Positions 59,958 through 64,000 of a stretch of 64,000 bases of DNA are shown one piece after another. The stretch is from Acidimicrobiales bacterium (GTDB taxonomy: Bacteria > Actinomycetota > Acidimicrobiia > Acidimicrobiales > Aldehydirespiratoraceae). The notes below the pieces were generated by a model, which was given only the letters and a program-made list of their open reading frames with translations, was not told the DNA's origin and did no database searches. The stretch lies in assembly GCA_965116865.1 (NCBI GenBank), contig OZ220727.1:3038307-3102306 (forward strand), written 5' to 3'. Made by a program: the position numbers and the translations under genes. Positions within the stretch are counted from its first letter, which is position 1, and each line of letters begins with the position of its first letter.

Positions 59958-62900
59958 TCAGCGTCGGCGGATACGGTCGCCGGGTTGGCGCGGCACGGTC
60001 GAGCCGGGGGCTAGATCGCAACGGGCCGGCTGGCCGTCGATGGTCACGTCGTGGCTGACGAAGCCCGCCGGCCAGCGGCTCGTCGCGTTCGGCCCAGGTG
60101 CTCGGGCGGTGTCGCTTGGATGGAGTGCGCCGACCTGCAGGTCGGCGGCGAGCACCTGCTCGGCCACGTAGTCGCGCCATTGCCGCACCCCGGCGGTCTG
60201 CTCGGTCGAGGACAGCGCCAGCGAGACCTGGATGCGGTCGGTCACCATGTAGCCGTCGATGCGCCGGCAGTCCTGGATCACACGCACCGCGTCGCGGGCC
60301 CAGCCCTCGGCCTCCAGCTCTGGCGTGACGGCCGTGTCGAGCACGACCACCGCGTCGCCGCAGGCCAGTCTGGCTGCGGCGACGCCCTCCGGCGTCTCCA
60401 CCGACAACTCGAAGCTGCCCGCCTCCAGCACATGGCCGGCGACCGTGGCCGTGCCGTCGTCGTTGTGGTGCCAGTCGCCGGAGCGTGCCGCCCTGAACAC
60501 CTCCTGCACGGCTCCTCCCAGCCGCGGCCCCAGCACCGCGCCGTTCGGTCTCAGCACCAGCGAGGCGTGCGCGGCGAGGTCGTCGGTCAACACCACCGAC
60601 TTGACATTGATCTCGTCGGCCAGCAGGTCGGCCAGCGGGGCCAGGTCCTCGGCGCCGTCGCCTGCCACGATGACCCGGGCCAGGGGCAGGCGCACCCGCA
60701 GTCCGGCGTCCTCCCGCACCCGCAGAGCAGCCGAGGCCGCGTCGCGCAGGCGATCCATACGGGCCACCAGAGCGTCGTCGGCGGGCAGGCCCTCGGCGTC
60801 GGGGTCGGGCCAGTCGGCCAGATGCACCGACGCGTCCCCGGTCAGCCCGCTGTGGATCTCCTCGGCGACCATGGGGAGGAACGGCGCGGCCACCCTGGTC
60901 AGCGTGGTGAGCACCAGGTAGAGCGTGTCGAAGGCGGCCCGGTCGGTGTCGGCGCCGCCCGCGTTCCAGAAGCGGTCCCGTGACCGGCGGATGTACCAGT
61001 TGTTCAAGGTGTCGATGAAGGCCGCGATCTCGGCCGCGCCGCCGGGCAGGTCGTAGGCGTCCATCCGCTCGGCGACCCGCCGCACCAGCATCCGGGCCCG
61101 GGCCAGCACGTACCGGTCGAGCACGGCGCCGCTGCCGGCGCGCGGCTGGGCGCGGTAGCCTTCGGCGTTGGCGTACATGGTGAAGAACGTGTAGGCGTTC
61201 CAGATCGGCAGCAGGACCTGGCGGGTGACATCGTCGATGCTGTCGTCGTTGATCCGCAGGTCGCCGCCCCGAACGATGTTCGCCGACATGAAGTACCAGC
61301 GCAGGGCGTCGGCCCCCTGGCGCTCGAAGATGTCGGCGGGCTCGGTGTAGTTGCGCAGCTTCTTGGACAGCTTGGCGCCGTCGGCGGCGAGCAGGATCCC
61401 GTGGCAGATCACGTTGGAGAACGCCGGGCGGTCGAACAGCGCCCCGGCCAGGACGTGCAGCGTGTAGAACCAGCCACGGGTCTGGTTGATGTACTCCACG
61501 ATGAAGTCGGCCGGGAAGCAGTTCTTGAACCGCTCGGCGTTCTCGAAGGGGTAGTGCATCTGCGCGAAGGGCATGGAGCCCGACTCGAACCAGCAGTCGA
61601 GCACCTCGGGCACCCGCCGCATCACCGACCGCCCGCTGGGGTCGTCGGGGTTGGGCCGGGTGAGGGCGTCGATGAAGGGCCGGTGCAGGTCGTCGGGGCG
61701 AACCCCGAAGTCGCGCTCGAGCTCGTCGAGCGAGCCGTACACGTCGATGCGGGGGTAGGCGGGATCGTCGCTGCGCCACACCGGGATGGGCGACCCCCAG
61801 AACCGGTTGCGGCTGATCGACCAGTCCCGCGCGCCCTCGAGCCACATGCCGAAACGGCCGTCGCGCACATGGCCCGGCACCCAGTTGATCTGCTGGTTGA
61901 GCTCCATCAGCCGGTCCCGGACGGCGGTCACCTGCACGTACCAGCTGTTGATTGCTCGGTAGATGACGGGGGTGTCGGTGCGCCAGCAGTACGGGTAGTT
62001 GTGCTCGTGGCTGTCGTGGCGCACGACGCGGCCCTCGGCCTTGAGGCGGCGGATGATCGACGCGTTGGCTTCGAACACGTTGACGCCGGCCCAGTCCGAC
62101 ACCGGCTCGGTGAACCGCCCGCGGTCGTCCACGGGCACGGCGTCGCCGATGGCGATGCCGTTGGCCTCGCACACATCTTGGTCTTCGGCGCCGAAGCCGG
62201 GGGCGGAATGGACGATGCCGGTGCCCTCGGCGGTGTCGACGAAGTCGCCGGCCAGCACCCGGAAGGCGTCGGTGCGGTGGGCGAAGAAGTCGAACAGCGG
62301 GACGTAGCTGCGGCCTGCCAGTTCGGCGCCGCGGACCGTTCCGACGAGACGGGCCTGCGAGAGTTGCGCCTCGTAGGCGGCTGTCCTGTCGGCGGCCAGT
62401 ACATAGTGGGCCCCGTCCTGCTCCATCACCGCGTAGGGGATGTCGCTGCCGACGGCCAGCGCCAAGTTCGACGGCAAGGTCCACGGGGTGGTTGTCCAGG
62501 CCAGCATGCGCATCGGCCCGGGATCGCCGGGCTCAGGATCCAGGTCGAAGGCCACGGTGACCGCCGGGTCCTGGCGGGGCCGGGTGGCGTCGTCGAGGCG
62601 GATCTCGAAGTTCGACAGCGGCGTCTCCGCGCCCCACGAGTAGGGCATCACCCGGTAGGCCTCGTACACCAGTCCCTTGCGGTGGAGTTGGGCGAAGGCC
62701 CACATGACCGACTCCATGTAGGGCAGGTCCATGGTTTTGTAGTCGTTGCCGAAGTCCACCCAGCGGGCCTGCCGGGTGACCGTGTCCTCCCACTCCTGCG
62801 TGTAGCGGACAACCGACTGCCGGCACTGCCGGTTGAACTCGGCGATGCCGAGAGACTCCACCGCGGCCCGGCCTGACACTCCCAGCTCGCGCTCGGTCTC

Positions 62901-63200
62901 CATCTCTGCCGGCAGCCCGTGGCAGTCCCACCCGAAGCGCCGGTCCACCCGGTTGCCCCGCATCGTCCGGTAGCGGGGCACGACGTCCTTGACGTAGCCG
63001 GTGAGCAGGTGCCCGTGGTGGGGCAGGCCGTTGGCGAACGGCGGGCCGTCGTAGAACACCCAGTCCCGATCGGGGGACCGGGCCGCCACCGACTGCTCGA
63101 AGGTCCCCTCGGCCTTCCAACGGGCCAGGACCCGACGCTCGATGGCCGGAAAATCAGGACTGTCGACGGCCGGGTAGGGGCCGTCACCGCCGTCAGTCAT
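59958..63200 (-). CDS. ileS: Isoleucyl-tRNA synthetase
   Basis: ATG at 63200. HIGH-region PPFANGLPHHGHLLT, GWDCHGLP, KMSKS-region KLSKKLRN. 1080 aa. The ORF-track start 21 codons upstream is rejected. Confidence 0.93.
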   Translation of the reverse strand: MTDGGDGPYPAVDSPDFPAIERRVLARWKAEGTFEQSVAARSPDRDWVFYDGPPFANGLPHHGHLLTGYVKDVVPRYRTMRGNRVDRRFGWDCHGLPAEMETERELGVSGRAAVESLGIAEFNRQCRQSVVRYTQEWEDTVTRQARWVDFGNDYKTMDLPYMESVMWAFAQLHRKGLVYEAYRVMPYSWGAETPLSNFEIRLDDATRPRQDPAVTVAFDLDPEPGDPGPMRMLAWTTTPWTLPSNLALAVGSDIPYAVMEQDGAHYVLAADRTAAYEAQLSQARLVGTVRGAELAGRSYVPLFDFFAHRTDAFRVLAGDFVDTAEGTGIVHSAPGFGAEDQDVCEANGIAIGDAVPVDDRGRFTEPVSDWAGVNVFEANASIIRRLKAEGRVVRHDSHEHNYPYCWRTDTPVIYRAINSWYVQVTAVRDRLMELNQQINWVPGHVRDGRFGMWLEGARDWSISRNRFWGSPIPVWRSDDPAYPRIDVYGSLDELERDFGVRPDDLHRPFIDALTRPNPDDPSGRSVMRRVPEVLDCWFESGSMPFAQMHYPFENAERFKNCFPADFIVEYINQTRGWFYTLHVLAGALFDRPAFSNVICHGILLAADGAKLSKKLRNYTEPADIFERQGADALRWYFMSANIVRGGDLRINDDSIDDVTRQVLLPIWNAYTFFTMYANAEGYRAQPRAGSGAVLDRYVLARARMLVRRVAERMDAYDLPGGAAEIAAFIDTLNNWYIRRSRDRFWNAGGADTDRAAFDTLYLVLTTLTRVAAPFLPMVAEEIHSGLTGDASVHLADWPDPDAEGLPADDALVARMDRLRDAASAALRVREDAGLRVRLPLARVIVAGDGAEDLAPLADLLADEINVKSVVLTDDLAAHASLVLRPNGAVLGPRLGGAVQEVFRAARSGDWHHNDDGTATVAGHVLEAGSFELSVETPEGVAAARLACGDAVVVLDTAVTPELEAEGWARDAVRVIQDCRRIDGYMVTDRIQVSLALSSTEQTAGVRQWRDYVAEQVLAADLQVGALHPSDTARAPGPNATSRWPAGFVSHDVTIDGQPARCDLAPGSTVPRQPGDRIRRR

Positions 63201-63228
63201 AGCCGACCAGGCTACCGCCGCCCCTCGG

Positions 63229-63732
63229 TCAGCTGTGCCCGAGCGTCTGCCCGTCGGCGGCACGAGCCGGTGGGCTAGGAGTGTCGTCGCTGGTCGTTGT
63301 CGCTGCCTGTTCGGCGGTTGTGTCGTCGCTGGTAGTTGTCGCTGCCTGTTCGGCCTGTTCGGCGGGCGGCTCCGGGGCGGCGCTCACGTCTGCGTCGTCC
63401 CCGCTCCGGTCCTCGGCTTCGTTGCCCGTCCCTCGCGGGGTTCCGCTTCCGCCTTCGCTGAGGCGGTTCAGCGTCTGGACGGCTTCGCGGTAGGCCGCCT
63501 CCGCCGCGGCAGTCTCAGACGCCGGGGCCTTGCGTTCGTTCAGCTTGCGAACCGCTGCCGCTGCCTCGTCCTTGACCTTCTCGGCCTTCTTGATGGCCCG
63601 CTCGTGGGCCTGTTGCTCCCGGTCTGCGACCAGGTACGTGTTGAACAGCGCCAAGGCGGAAGCGGACTCGTCGTCGAGCGGATACCGTCCGGCGGCCCCG
63701 GTCACGCCGCCGGGCGTCTGCGGTCCAGGCAT
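63229..63732 (-). CDS. Hypothetical protein (167 aa) with coiled-coil-like centre and duplicated acidic C-terminal tail
   Basis: ATG at 63732. LALFNTYLVADREQQAHERAIKKAEKVKDEAAAAVRKLNERK. No family recognised. The 3' end lies only 28 nt from the ileS start. Confidence 0.5.
   Translation of the reverse strand: MPGPQTPGGVTGAAGRYPLDDESASALALFNTYLVADREQQAHERAIKKAEKVKDEAAAAVRKLNERKAPASETAAAEAAYREAVQTLNRLSEGGSGTPRGTGNEAEDRSGDDADVSAAPEPPAEQAEQAATTTSDDTTAEQAATTTSDDTPSPPARAADGQTLGHS
63281..63358. repeat. 39-bp in-frame tandem duplication (AEQAATTTSDDT x2)
   Basis: gtgtcgtcgctggt(c/a)gttgtcgctgcctgttcggc at 63281 and 63320. Confidence 0.9.
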
Positions 63733-63939
63733 GCGGATCGGTCTACGCGGTCGGCGAGCTGCGCTCAATACGCGCCCTGAGCAAGCCCCTGACGCGGAGT
63801 GTCGTGGCGGCGGCCGCACGATTCGGGGAGTTGCTCGTCACGCTCCCCTGGGAAGCTGCTGAGCAATGCTGATGCCGCGTGACGAGCAAGCCCTTGGCCT
63901 GGGGTTTTGCGAGCGAGGATTGCGCCAGTCGGGATTTGC

Positions 63940-64000
63940 TCATCACTCTCCTTCATCACTCTCCTTCATCACTCTCTTAGGTGGCTGGTGCCAGCGCCCG
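63940..64000 (-). mobile_element. End of a second IS1182-family copy (truncated by the window edge), preceded by a 13-bp terminal triplication
   Basis: TAGGTGGCTGGTGCCA at 63979-63994 equals the reverse complement of the right end of the first copy (22668-22683). tcatcactctcct occurs about three times at 63940-63978; its last copy overlaps the IS terminus (compare ATCAACACTCTCCTAGG in copy 1). Confidence 0.65.

Noticed and set aside
63201-63420. T-box leader upstream of ileS (known in Actinobacteria)
   Set aside because: Only 28 nt separate ileS from the upstream ORF. The nearest resemblance, GGGCGGCGGUAGCC, is a poor match to the GGGUGGUACCGCG T-box sequence. I could not identify a specifier loop. 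A covariance-model search would be needed to settle this.

Overview
High-GC, actinobacterial-type chromosomal window. The taxon is inferred from gene content (DtxR-family repressor, PcrA, SucCD, PurH, NrdAB, IleS, CBS plus cystathionine gamma-lyase).

About half the window (4.4-36.3 kb) is an accessory cell-surface locus with two convergent giant genes, 5183 codons on + and 3575 codons on -. Both share one build: signal or anchor, cadherin-like beta-sandwich and other N-terminal modules, a long array of near-identical Asp-rich Calx-beta-like repeat units, a poly-Pro linker, and three C-terminal SLH domains. Gene 1 has 35 complete units plus 1 partial; gene 2 has 25.

The 5.5 kb between their stop codons is an IS graveyard. 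It holds a frameshifted ISL3-family transposase gene split into two pieces, an IS30-family remnant, an apparently intact IS1182-family element whose transposase carries a ~390-bp in-frame microsatellite, and an intact IS630-family element.

The flanks are mostly housekeeping:
- a NitT/TauT-type ABC transporter operon
- a reverse-transsulfuration operon (CBS plus cystathionine gamma-lyase)
- a decayed Fic gene
- pcrA, alaX-like, sucCD, purH
- a stand-alone homocysteine S-methyltransferase
- a PuuD-like amidotransferase
- a reductive-dehalogenase/QueG-like 4Fe-4S protein
- a GPP34-family protein
- nrdAB
- a GT-C/TPR glycosyltransferase with a polyprenol-phosphate mannose synthase
- ileS

The most interesting non-genic signal is a ~136-bp MITE-like element present three times. 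It has 23-bp imperfect terminal inverted repeats and TAA target duplications, and one copy has a paralogous empty site 60 bp away. Each copy lies in the same orientation just 5' of a gene start.

The window is also unusually rich in short tandem duplications at gene termini and inside the IS elements. No rRNA, tRNA or CRISPR array was recognised.

The supplied ORF track shows alternative start codons (GTG/TTG) as M, and many of its long entries are antisense or off-frame artefacts of GC-rich repeats.
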